Source of the DNA: Octopus vulgaris
Taxonomy: Eukaryota
Direction of reading: 5' to 3'
DNA: 64,000 nt
Assembly (NCBI GenBank): GCA_951406725.2
Contig: OX597824.1
Location: 53,878,001 to 53,942,000 of the forward strand
Each line of letters starts with the position of its first letter. The first letter of the stretch is position 1. Of the stretch, positions 13,611 through 29,417 are shown piece after piece. Both the position numbers and the translations under genes were made by a program. The notes under the pieces were generated by a model. The model searched no databases and had not been told where the DNA came from. It was given only the letters and a program-made list of their open reading frames with translations.

Positions 13611-14150
13611 GTTGTGTAACCCAGTACAACCTGTTGCATGGTTGGGTCGTCGGCGACTAAACTGGCAACCCACCAAGCTTGCTTGGTGAGGAGAGTGTTT
13701 ATTGGACACACTGCGGGATGAAAAACAAAACCCGTCAAAGGGTGGAGAAGCTCTTGAGAGTCAACGGCCATCCAATAAATGTCTTAAGGCTGTATCATGC
13801 GTGGGCACATAGAAATAATCGGACTGAATACCCGATCGTGCGGTTAAACCATTGGGAGTGAAGAACTCCTAGCCTTTGTTAGGGCATCCTTCTAGGAGAA
13901 GGTAACTCAGGTAACTGGGATAACTCCGACATAAAACCTGCAGTTCAGTGGTTACCGATGATGTTGACTTGTTCTTCTTTTCGGATTATGGCTGCTGTTG
14001 TTTAGTGAGTGGGATTGACTCAGTGCACAGCCTTTCCGCACTTTAAAAAAAAATCTTCTTGCACAGGCATTGCATGATAACAACATTGATTAAGCTTCGT
14101 GCAATGGCCACACTCGATAACGAGGGGGCAGCCACCATGTATGTATGTAT
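13611..14150 (+). mobile_element. Non-autonomous bipartite RTE-derived element (5' UTR-like part + 3' stem-loop + (ATGT)n tail)
   Basis: RTE 5' UTR-like motif ggcatccttctaggagaaggtaactc...aaacc; 3' ctcg-ataa-cgag hairpin then atgtatgtatgt; flanked by (TATG)n. Confidence 0.6.
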
Positions 14151-14154
14151 AAAA

Positions 14155-14296
14155 TGGATTTCTTTCTATCTATCAAATCCACTCACAAATCTTTGGTTGG
14201 CCCAAGGCTATAAAAAAAGGCAATTGCACAAGGTGTCATGCAGTGGGTCACATGTGGTAGGGAAGCAAATTTCTCAACCACAGAGTGATGCCTGTG
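14155..14296 (-). mobile_element. Degenerate 5' half of the tRNA-derived SINE
   Basis: caaatccactcacaa...ggccca.ggctata...catgcagtggg similarity to 23500-23650. Confidence 0.65.
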
Positions 14297-14487
14297 GTGA
14301 TATTGCAAATAAATATTTTGCAAATATATTGTATATAAATGTGTGTAGTACAGCAAACTATTTTACATTTATTTACTCTCAAAAAAATGTTTTTTTCTCA
14401 ATAATTAATACTGTGAATACAGCAAACTCTCAAAAGATTCTTGTGAAGATAGAAAATGCTTTTCAAAAGTTAGGTTTGAATTCTTAC

Positions 14488-14818
14488 CAGTTGATGCTGA
14501 TAAAACCTCTTTGAGAAGCATCAGCCAGCGAGATAGATTTCTAACAGCCAGTGACTGTAGGAGACTGAGGAGTGTGTCTTGGACATCTGAGGTCAGCTTA
14601 TTGTCCACTTCTGTATCCAGCATGCTGAACAAAGTACCTTCCAGACCACTCTCATACATAGACTTTGATGGATCTTTACTGTTATTTCCTAAATCAAATG
14701 TAGATCCAGGCAAAGCAAGAGCAAGTTCGCTCACTTCTCGAGCTTCACGTGTCACCAGTTGCCGGAGACAAGCAACAGCAGCGCGGCGCAACAAAAGATG
14801 AGAACTTGTCAAAATTTC
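14488..14818 (-). CDS. HEATR5B: HEATR5 exon M ([29 protein letters not shown]...[16 protein letters not shown])
   Basis: TTCTTCTCCACAG acceptor, G|GTAAGA donor, 331 nt, phase 0-1. Confidence 0.94.
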
Positions 14819-15411
14819 CTGTGGAGAAGAAAAAGACAAACATTCATTGCAATGAAAAAAGAAATAACATTGAAAGTATGGAAGTTAAGGATGTTTATAA
14901 ACACTTTTCCACAGCAGTAGTAGTGGTGGTATTTAACTGAAGACATTGACAATCAATTTATACTGTCAACAAAACTGCTATACCCTACTACCATTAGTAA
15001 ATCCCAGTAGGGGTCACTCTGCAGTATGACATGGCCAGCTAGAAATAACAAATTTCCTCAATTTACATGCTACCATCTAAATACATGTACTGTACAAAAA
15101 GACAAGATGGTCAAAGCATTGATATGAAGATATGTTACATACATGGTGATATGACATGAACAATTCAACAATGACATTTATATACAAGAGATGAAATATA
15201 ACTGAAGGCTCAACTTCATCACTTCTATTACTATCAGTACTTTAACATAGAATTTTTTCATACTGCAAAACTCAGAAAGCCAATAACAATGTTCACAAAC
15301 TTCAGCTGGCACTAAGGGAGTTTTTGTGTGTGAGAGAAAGTGTGTATGTGTGTGTTTGTGCATGTGTGAGTATGTGCATGCATGAGTATGGTGTATGAGC
15401 ATGTGCGTGCA

Positions 15412-15450
<39 letters not shown>

Positions 15451-15713
15451 AATAGGAAAGGGGAGGAAAAGAGAGATAGAGGAGAAGAGTGATAATATGT
15501 GTGGGTGTGTATTCATATCTTCCAATATGTTATAAGGAAAACCATAGAATATTTATGTTAGTGAATAAGGAATTATATTATAATTCAGTCCTGCTTCTTT
15601 GTGCAGAAAATGATGTGTCTTTCCTTTTTAAGATGATAAGCTATGGTTTGAGACAATTTGGCTACAACTTCAAATATGTTCCCTATTGTTTAATTTGAAT
15701 GACTAGCAAATTA

Positions 15714-19264
<3,551 letters not shown>

Positions 19265-19590
19265 AGATAGAATCTTGTTGCCTTAAAATATCTTAACAAA
19301 AGCTACAATTAATATTTTATGTATATAAGAAATAATACAATCATGTAAACAGAATGGAGTGTCATTGTTACTTATATGAATGTAAAAGCTGATTAACAAT
19401 AATGTAAAAATATTTAGAGCTGTAATATAAAAAATACTGACAGAAATTAATGTAAATCAAACTAAAAAAGACTAACACACACCATAAAAAAAGTGAAAGT
19501 TGAAGCAACTTTCAACAGACATTTTGATAAGTCAAATATATTCAAGAAATGTTCAAAACTAGAAATAAGAGTTTATGAGGTTTCAAATTG

Positions 19591-20863
19591 TTGGAGAGAG
19601 TTAGTCTAGATGAGATGCAATCTGGTTTTGTGCAGGGAAGAAGCACCACCGATGCTATATTTCTGGTAAGGCATCTGCTGGAGAAATACATAGCCAAAGA
19701 TAAACCTCTCAACTTGACTTTCGTTGACTTGGACAAAGCCTTTGACAAGGACCTCCAATTCCTTATCTGGTAGCCAATGCGGAAACTAGGGATAGATGAG
19801 TGGTTGGTGAGAGCTGTACAAGCCATGCACAGGGACGCTACCAGTAAGATGAGGGTTGGCAACAAGTACAGCGAAGTATTCAGAGTACAAGTAGGAGTTC
19901 ACCAAGAATTGGTCCTCAGCTCCCTCTTGTTCACCATAATCCTACAGGCAATAACAGAGGAATTTAAGACAGGCCACCCCTAGGAGCTCCTTTATGCTGA
20001 TGACCTTGTTCTTATAGCTGAATCACTACCAGAACTATAGAAGTTCCAGGTATGGAAGGTCTAGAATCAAAGGGCCTTAGTATTAACCTAGCAAAAACCA
20101 AAGTCTTAGTAAGTAGGAAGGCAGACAAAACACAAATCCCTTGAGGTAGCTGGCCCTGCTTGATCTGTAGAAAAGGTGTAGGTAGAAACTCCATAGATGC
20201 ACCCAGTGGAAGCTTTGGACACATAAGAGGTGCAGCAATATCAAAGGAAAGTTATCAGGGAAAATAGCTTTTGCATGTGGTAGATGCACATGTACAATAA
20301 ACACCAAAAATGTATAGAAAACAGACTCCATCAACTGTCAGGTGCATAAGCCAGAGGTAGTAAATAGCTTCTGTTATCTAGGTGACCAAGTAAGTAGCGG
20401 AGGTGGATGCTCCGAGAATGTAGCTGTGAAAATAAAATTAGGCTGGTCAAACTTCAGAGAGCTCTTACCTCTACTGGCAACAAAGGGCCTCTTTCTCAGT
20501 GAAAGGCAGACTGTATGATGCCTGTGTGTGAACAGCTATGCTACATGGTGATGAAACATGGGCTGTGACAGCTGAAGAAATGCACAGTCTTGAAAGAAAT
20601 GAAGGCAGTAAGCTTTGCTGGATGTGCAATGTCAGTTTGCATGTTTGACAGAGGGTAAGCATCTTGAAAGAAAAGTTGGGCATAAGAGGTATGCATGTAA
20701 AAGCACCCATTACACACTTGGAGCCGTTGGTGTTAGGAAGGGCATCCCGCTGTAGAAACCATGCTAAATCAGACTGGAGTCTGGTGCAGCCTTCCAGCTT
20801 GTCAGCCCTGGTCAAACCATCCAACCCATGCCAATATGGACAACAGACATGAAATGATGATGA
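19591..20863 (+). mobile_element. RTE-clade LINE copy 3, degenerate RT region joined to 3' tail
   Basis: ERVSLDEMQ, STTDAIFLVR, YADD and PHD remnant with stops and frameshifts; internal deletion near 20690; (GAT)n tail. Confidence 0.9.
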
Positions 20864-21804
20864 TCTTTCACTAGTATCATAATGAATATGCCAATATTCA
20901 CCCAATTCTCTAAAATACAATCTAGCTACCTGTAAATAGCTATGAACAAGAACTTGGTTCTCTGTCAAAATCAAAAAGGACACATTCAATTATTTAAAAG
21001 ATAAATGGAAACTACTGGTAATAATACAAACATTCTAAGTAGAATTGAAGCCTTGACAAGCCAAGGTTACAAACTTTATAATGATTCAACTTCAGGTAAA
21101 AGTTTTAATGCTAGAATCTTTAGACTTTATGTCCATATGGAAAAGATAATAGAAAATTACTGCAGGGTATTCTTACCTGAGTGATATTATGACAGCATAA
21201 AATACATCCACAATTGGATACCTTACTAAGGAAGAATTCCTTTTAAAGATCTAAGTTGTAAGTTGTTGCTATGATAATTTTCCAGGTTGTTAATCTTATT
21301 GGTTGTTAGCAATGAAAAGTTTTTTCAATATTTATTCTACATTGTTGTGTCTATAGCCCAATAAATAAGAATGTTACTAGCCTTAATTTAGAAACAAAGG
21401 GATCTAGTTGGCACCTAGTCTGGTACCATATTGAGGGAGAAGAGATTGGATGATGATCACAAATTAAACCAGTGTAGAGTGTAGATACAAAATTGAAAGA
21501 TCTTGCCTGAAAAACAGACTAAGGTACAAGAATAATCTTGTTGATATATCTTTTACTGTCGAAATTGTTTTGTTTGGCTTCCATCAATCAACTTCTGTGT
21601 TAACAGGCATTTTAGTTTTTTATTTCACAATGTTTATGTAAAATTTTGCAAGAAACTAGTTGGTGGCTTTTAAGCTATTCTCCATTTATAAGAAAATTGT
21701 TTGGTAAAATTTATAAAACTAACATTTTTTTTTTGGAAGGCATGGAGTTTACATAAAAATTTGCAAAAGGAATACTGATTAAAAAGAAAAGTCATAAATA
21801 TTTA

Positions 21805-22017
<213 letters not shown>

Positions 22018-22427
22018 TTAATAAGAAAAATATATTAATGACCTCTTTGAAATAAATGGTGTTAAACTGAAACACAAATATTAAAAAAATTTGCATGATG
22101 ATAAACAAAGGTCACTGTCATACAAAGAGTGACATTTATTTACAATCCTCTATAAAAAGCATGTCTGGCCATTGTGTTGTTATTTGTTTGAAGGACTATG
22201 GGAAATAATCCATTACTTGCAAACAAGTAAGGGTTGGCAACAGGAAGAGCATTTGGTCATAGAAAAATCTGCCTGAAGAAAGTTTTCTCTAACTTCTACA
22301 AACATGGAAAAGTGGACATGGTAGTGATTGTGATGAACATGATAATGATGGATATAAGACTTGATTAAATTCAGAAGGAAAAATTAATATTCAATATCTT
22401 GTAATTTGAATTACTATTTATTCTTTA

Positions 22428-22664
<237 letters not shown>

Positions 22665-22851
22665 TTAGTTCTTCAAATAAGACAACAAAATTCTACAGTT
22701 AGCAAATTATTCATGCTCATCGTAATATACAAAAACTAACTTTGAAATACATGTGAAAAACTAAATGGTTTTATACACCACCAACTGTATCTGTTCTGAT
22801 ATTTTAGTTAAAGTCTACCATAACTTAACATTTAATATTGCTTCTTAAAAT

Positions 22852-23060
22852 AAGGCAATGAGCTGGCGGAATTGTTTATATGCCAGACAAAATGCTTTGC
22901 GGCTTTTCTTCCAGCTTCCAGGTCTGAGTTCAGATTCTGCTGAGGTCAACTTTGCCTATAATCCTTTCAAGGTCAATAAAATAAGTACCAGTTGAAACCT
23001 GGGGCCAATGTAATTGACAAGCCCCCTCCCCCAAACTTTCAGGCTTTGTGCTTATAGCAG
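22852..23060 (+). mobile_element. tRNA-derived SINE with Nin/Deu-like central domain; degenerate relatives near 39955-40110, 47215-47390, 47480-47600 (-)
   Basis: gagctggcggaa A-box, gagttcagattc B-box, gcct.taatcctttcaaggtcaataaaataagtacc resembles the conserved Nin/Deu SINE domain. Confidence 0.7.
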
Positions 23061-23232
23061 CTCCTTAAAATCAAATCATTTCAAGTTGCTAAATGCTACA
23101 TAAATTTTAAGTTCATAGGTCAGGTAGATGCCATTAAAATCATGGATATAAAATATACACAAAATTATTTTCATATTTGTCATTTTTATATGCAGATTTT
23201 TGTTTCAACTTTTTGCAGGTGGGATTTTATAA

Positions 23233-23650
23233 CTCTCTCTCTCTCTTTTACTCTTTTACTTGTTTCAGTCATTTGACTGCGGTCATGCTGGAGCACCGCC
23301 TTTAGTCGAGCAAATCGACCCTGGGACTTATTCTTTGTAAGCCCAGTACTTATTCTATTGGCCTCTTTTTTTGCCGAACCGCTAAGTGATGGGGACGTAA
23401 ACACACCAGCATCGGTTGTCAAGCAATGCTAGGGGGACAAACACAGACACGCAAACACACATGTACATACACATATATATACATATATACGATAGGCTTC
23501 TTTCAGTTTCTGTCTACCAAATCCACTCACAAGGCATTGGTCGGCCCGGGGCTATAGCAGAAGACACTTGCCCAAGATGCCATGCAGTGGGACTGAACCC
23601 GGAACCATGTGGTTGGTTAGCAAGCTACTTACCACACAGCCACTCCTGCG
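23233..23650 (-). mobile_element. Young full-length tRNA-derived SINE
   Basis: CGCAGGAGTGGCTGTGTGGTAAG head, GGTTCAGTCCC B-box, GGCGGTGCTCCAGCATGACCGCAG...GAAACAAGTAAAAGAGTAAAAGAG tail; CpG-rich. Confidence 0.9.
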
Positions 23651-23981
23651 ACTGTATACGTATCTTTTCTGTTTGGCTGCCTTTTTTCAATTTCTTCAAT
23701 TTTTGTTCCAACTGATTTCATATTTGATGTGTTGATGTAGTTTTGTATGGTAATCATTGACATGCAATTCATTTTTACGATAAATCAATAAATAAAGAGT
23801 TAACAACTTTTAAAGTTTGAAATTTTGAGTAATTTTAGCCAATTGAAAGCCAGACACATAGGTGCCCATTTCCGTAGTAACGGTCATTTTTCACTTATTT
23901 TCTTTTCAGAACCTTGCTGACACAAAGACTGCAGTATGAGATGGTTGTGACATGTGCTAAAAATAGCTAAATAAGCCTTAA

Positions 23982-24200
23982 CCCATTAGCATTCAGATTA
24001 TTCTGCCAAATGTAATGCTTATTTATTGACATTGTTATGAATTAATCATGCATTACCTTGTACTATCGAAATTTCAATCATATAATTATTTATTTTTAGA
24101 ATGACATTGAAGGGTAGGAGCGAGAGGCTGAATCTGGCCAGTCTGAACATAAAAAGGCAGATTATTTTGGCCAGTTACGACCAGTTTAAATGCTGAAGAG
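23982..24200. mobile_element. piggyBac-type MITE
   Basis: TTAA flanks; imperfect TIRs cccattagcattcag / ttaaatgctgaagag. Confidence 0.65.
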
Positions 24201-24683
24201 TTAAATCATGCACCAAAATTTTTTCGTTTTTGCATAATTGCGTGAATTCCTGAGTGTAGAATACAAATTCACCAAAATTTCCTAAAAATTCCAAAACAAT
24301 AAATAAGTTATGAGGAGTTATACGGCATGCGCAAAGCAAGATTCTGCCAATATTTCATTTGTTTACTGTTGACAACACGAGCTATCATGCACAAAATGAC
24401 AGCTTCTAAACCTTGTTTTCTGATTTGGTAAAAATTATCTAACTTTAAACCTCTGTAACTTTTTAAAAAATTTTTTCTGAGATTCAGAGTGGAAAATTGC
24501 ATCAATACATCAAATTTTAAATTTTTTACTAAACTTTAGAATTTCCACAGATGCAGCCAAACAGAAAAGATCCCTATATACTTTTAAAGATCTCTATTTT
24601 TTCTTTTAAATATGGTTGGACTGATTTATGATAGATGTGCCATATTTTGAAGAACAAAAAAAACTGACAATGCTGATAAATTA

Positions 24684-25001
<318 letters not shown>

Positions 25002-25063
25002 TTAATAAGCAATAATTTTTGCAAAAAAAAAAAACAAAACAAAAAAAAAAACTGATTTCTTAC

Positions 25064-25132
25064 CATGATTAAATTAAAAGCAGCTTTTTTGACATCATCA
25101 GGTCCCAGACTAGTCTTTGTGTCAGCAAGGTT
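25064..25132 (-). CDS. HEATR5B: HEATR5 exon H (NLADTKTSLGPDDVKKAAFNLIM)
   Basis: TTTTCTTTTCAG acceptor, ATG|GTAAGA donor, 69 nt, phase 0-0. Confidence 0.92.
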
Positions 25133-25220
25133 CTGAAAAGAAAATATTAACAAAGATATTACAAAATGAATTAAGAGCTGAAATATCCTGCAACTCCTAT
25201 ACAGACACACAGACACACGC

Positions 25221-25273
<53 letters not shown>

Positions 25274-26405
25274 CATACATACATATACTTCTTTGAGAGC
25301 ATCCACACATTCTCTCATCTTGTCCCATGACCCATTGTCTGTATCCTCTCTTATGCTCATCTTGCACCTTGAAAGTTTGCTCTAGCACTCCATCACTACC
25401 TTCTTATCTCCTTCAGCCAGATATCTTCTCTATAGCAAGACATCTGTGCTTGTGCCTCTATCATACTTTAGCCTTTCAACACCTGGCATAAAGCTCCACC
25501 TTCTTCTCCCAAACAATTTCATTTAGTAGTGGGAGCTTTTTGCCTTTCCTCTTCCTGTTTTTTTTATTTGGGGGGGGGAGAGGTCATAGCAACCTTTCAA
25601 GTGCCAGTGGTATGTAAAAAGCACCCAGTACACTATGTAAAGTGGTTAAGCTGGCATTAGGAAGGGTATCCAACCATAGAAACTACATCAAAGATGATAT
25701 TAGAGCCTGACACAGCCCTGCAGCTAACTGGTTCCCTGTCAAACTGTCCATCTTATGCCAGCATGGAAAACAGATATCAAAGGATGATGATGATGATGAC
25801 AGTGTGTGTGTGACTAAGTGTGTGGATTTGGTGGATAGCAGCTGAAGGATGTTTGTCATCACATCTTCCACAGTTTGAAAACCAACTTTCTCCTTTCATG
25901 ATGCAGTTTGGACAACATGGTTTTGGATGTCTATGCACCTAAAATCCACTGCAGTATGAGACATTTATACACCACTCCTCACTGAATCTACATCATAGAT
26001 TTCATGTACTTCTATAAAGGACAATCTACTGTTATATTTTACTTTACTTAACTCCCCGAATTTATCTATTTCAGGTCCATTCTGAGTAATTCACTCCACC
26101 CAATTCACATACCAAAATTCTGCATCTTTTCTTATTTCTATACTCTTTATTCCATATCCTTTTAAAGTATATGCACATATATGTGTGTATGCAGATGTGT
26201 GTGCGCATATATATGTATACATGTATATACAGACATACCTGTATATGAGCATGCATACCCATGCATATATACATGCAATGCATATACTTGTGTGTGTATG
26301 TGTATATACACACATGCACAAGCTCTTATATATGTGTGTACGCATGTGCACACATACTCATGTATACAATTAGTGTAGGTATGTGTGTGCATATATATAT
26401 ACATA

Positions 26406-26819
26406 TCTATATCTATAAAACAGTCCTTGGACAAAAATTGTATGCACATTTTGCTTTGATGGTTAATGGTGGCCAAACGGAGGCTAGGATCGAGTTGAAA
26501 ATTGGCAGGGATACTAAATGTGTGGTGAGGATGAGACCCGCAATAGTTAAAATTCGCAAGCTATAAAGATGCGGTTGCTATGATAAAAAGAGCGATTTTT
26601 TTATCGATTCAAGGGGGCCCAGAGCATGCACTGCAGGCTGTTGTGCTTAATAAACATACATTTTGTCACAAAATTCCGGCTACTAGGAAACGATTTTTTA
26701 TTGTGAAAAAAAGACGAGTGCTTTTTGCCCTCATTTCCTTTTTAATCTTTTTATAAAAGTGAAAGGATTTCGTCTATTTATTTCTGCTGTCCACTTACAA
26801 CGTTGATTCAGTCGACTAG
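26406..26819 (+). mobile_element. Short non-autonomous Helitron-like element
   Basis: Starts A|TCTATATCTATAAAA, ends CTAG; 5' part resembles 58261-58460; 3' hairpin degenerate. Confidence 0.45.
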
Positions 26820-27054
26820 GAAAACTATATGTGATGAATATCCAATACCAAACTATCTTAATCTACATATTGAAACTGCATTAAACTTTGGCAAGCTATT
26901 CTATTCTAAATATCAAGCAATTATGCAAAATCTTTGAGAAATGATTGTACATGCATTAAATAAATCAAAGTTACTAAAAATAGACCACAACGAAAAATGT
27001 AAGTCAAAAAAAGATGTTTTTTGTTTTCTAAAGTATAACTTCTGGAGTAATTAC

Positions 27055-27264
27055 CTTTAAAGCACACAGAACTGCAGTGAAAATGTTCATTTGAACTGCT
27101 TGCTGTCGAGAAGATTTTGCTTGTTTTATACATTCGTTAAAATGTTGCAGCATCTGATAACGGTGTTTGTGGGCTACTTTGTAGAAAACTAGTCCATATA
27201 AACGTACTGAACTGTCAATTACAGCCACCCCAAGTGGCAGTGGACCAGGAATAGGAGGATCAGT
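27055..27264 (-). CDS. HEATR5B: HEATR5 exon G ([19 protein letters not shown]...[16 protein letters not shown])
   Basis: TATTTCAG acceptor, AAG|GTAATT donor, 210 nt, phase 0-0. Confidence 0.93.
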
Positions 27265-27899
27265 CTGAAATAGAGTCAAAACAAAAAAGTTCTTAAAATT
27301 GAAATAACTGGTAATACTTTGCATTTGATAGGGTAATTTATGTCAGCATTAGGTAATTAAGGAAACATGACATAAGAATGGTTAAAATTAAGAACTCAAA
27401 ACCTTGTTAAAAGCATTGCAATAAATCTTCAGAAAACATGTTATTCCATTTGTTGTAATTCTGTAGAAATCAATTCTAACACTGATTGGGAAATGAATAA
27501 GAAAAAAACAAATTAGGATCTAAAATTCAACCAAATCTGAGAAATAGACAACATTATAATAGTCTAAGAAACATGCCTTATAGAGCAAAATATAAGTTTT
27601 TGATGGGGATGTAATTTCACTTATTAATAACCTCTATATGAACATCACAAATTTTGATGGTTCTAAAATACAAGGACATTGCTGGATTTAACTCCAAAAG
27701 TTCAACGACCACTAACATTGGAACTATCCCTGTATATCACACCCGCTTCAAACTCCTGAGAAGCCTGTTTTCCAGAGTGTGTACTTAATAACTTGCTTAT
27801 TTCCCCTTAATACTGCTTTTGTCTAGAAACCCTACTCTAGTAACATTTTCCTTCCATCTTCTTTAATCCCTACGTGGCAACCGGGGGGGGGGGGGGATA

Positions 27900-28290
27900 A
27901 GGCTGCCTTCTCAAACAACATGCTGCTGGATGATGGACTTTGGTGATGATGTTATTCCACATTTTCCAATCCATGGCACTGACCTGAGCATGCTCAAGGT
28001 CAAGGTGCTGCAACTTTAGGTCTTCCTTAATTTGTTTCACCCATGTCTTCTTTGGTGCACTGCTTCTACAAAAGTTATTGTGGTAGTTTCCTGGTGCTCA
28101 TCCTGAAGACATGACCAAACCACTGTAGCCGGTGCCACTGGACTTGTACATCAACGGTTGGCTGCTGCTGGCATTGTTCTCAGATGTTGTTTGAGATTTG
28201 ATTGCACAGAGAGACAACAAGTGTCTGACAAAGCTTGAGTTTGTTCAGGTCTTGTTTGAGGATGGTCCAGGTCTCAGCACTGTAGAGGAC
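27900..28290 (-). mobile_element. 3' fragment of another RTE-like LINE family
   Basis: Minus translation HRLQWFGHVFRM...PKKTWVKQIKEDLK with stops. Confidence 0.7.
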
Positions 28291-28921
28291 AGGCAAACCA
28301 ATTATCATCATTTAATGTCCATTTTCTACTTGACATTAACGATGACAAAGCCAGGAGCCACACCAGGTTCCAGTTGTCGGTTTTGACATGGTTTCTAGAG
28401 CTGGATGCCCTTCCTAACAGCAACAACTTTACAGAGCACACTGCATGCTTTTTACATGGCACCAGTGCTTTTTACATGGACTCAGCACCAGCACTGACAG
28501 TCACCAAGTACCTTGCAAGACAAAAACCCCTGACCTGGGAGGGGAAGGGAGTAGTATTTCCATTAACTTGGGTTAAAATAATTGTTCTCTGATTACTTGA
28601 ATGTATAAATCAGGAAAATTAAAGCAATGGGGAAATAAAGCTATTATTACAAGTTCATAAAAAGAAATAGGTAAAAAAAAAAGATAATTGTTATAGATAT
28701 CTGATAATGAAATAATGAGAACTGATTAAGAAACAAACAGATATGGCTGATACAACTCAAGGGAGAAGTAGAACAAGTTTGGTTTGGAAAACAAAGTTGA
28801 TTCAAGAAAACTTAAAGTTATAAAAGAGAATGGCTAAAACAAGATAGGCACATGTGAAAAGTACTATGAAATATGCTTAAAAGAAGTAATTATAATTAGA
28901 TATTTAAAATTTTTTACTTAC

Positions 28922-28996
28922 TGGTTGTATGCGCGCATAGAGTGATGCTGCATCATGTTCCAATGCACCAGAACCAGATGCACTGTTTGGTTGAAG
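28922..28996 (-). CDS. HEATR5B: HEATR5 exon F (LQPNSASGSGALEHDAASLYARIQP)
   Basis: CATTATAG acceptor, CCA|GTAAGT donor, 75 nt, phase 0-0; follows an 18.8-kb intron. Confidence 0.93.
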
Positions 28997-29136
28997 CTAT
29001 AATGATAAAGCAGATAAAGAGCTATAACAATTATACTGTTCATATATATACATATTTTGCATATTTGGGGATGGGTTTTTTTCTCCCCACTTAATCACAC
29101 ATTATATATTTGTTATTCACTTCAGCTTTATTATTT

Positions 29137-29399
29137 TTATTTTAGTGTTGTTTGTCTGAAATCTTTCATCATATATCCTGTGACTTCTTCAGTGACTCTC
29201 CATCCCACGTCTCCTCCTATCCTGTTTAGTCCATTCTGTCTTTCTGTGGTGTGTATAAGGATAAGGTTTGTATAAGGATACACACCATAGAAAGACAGAA
29301 TGGACTAAACAGGATAGGAAGAGACATGTGTGATGGAGAATCACTGAAGGGGCCACAGGATATATGATGAAAGATTTCAGACAAACAACACTAAAATAA
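29137..29399. repeat. Foldback palindrome, ~120-bp arms, ~21-nt spacer, with degenerate hammerhead-like core
   Basis: ttattttagtgttgtttgtctgaaatctttcatc...ggtgtgtat mirrored by atacacacc...gatgaaagatttcagacaaacaacactaaaataa. Confidence 0.92.
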
Positions 29400-29417
29400 G
29401 AACAGGTAAGAACAAAA

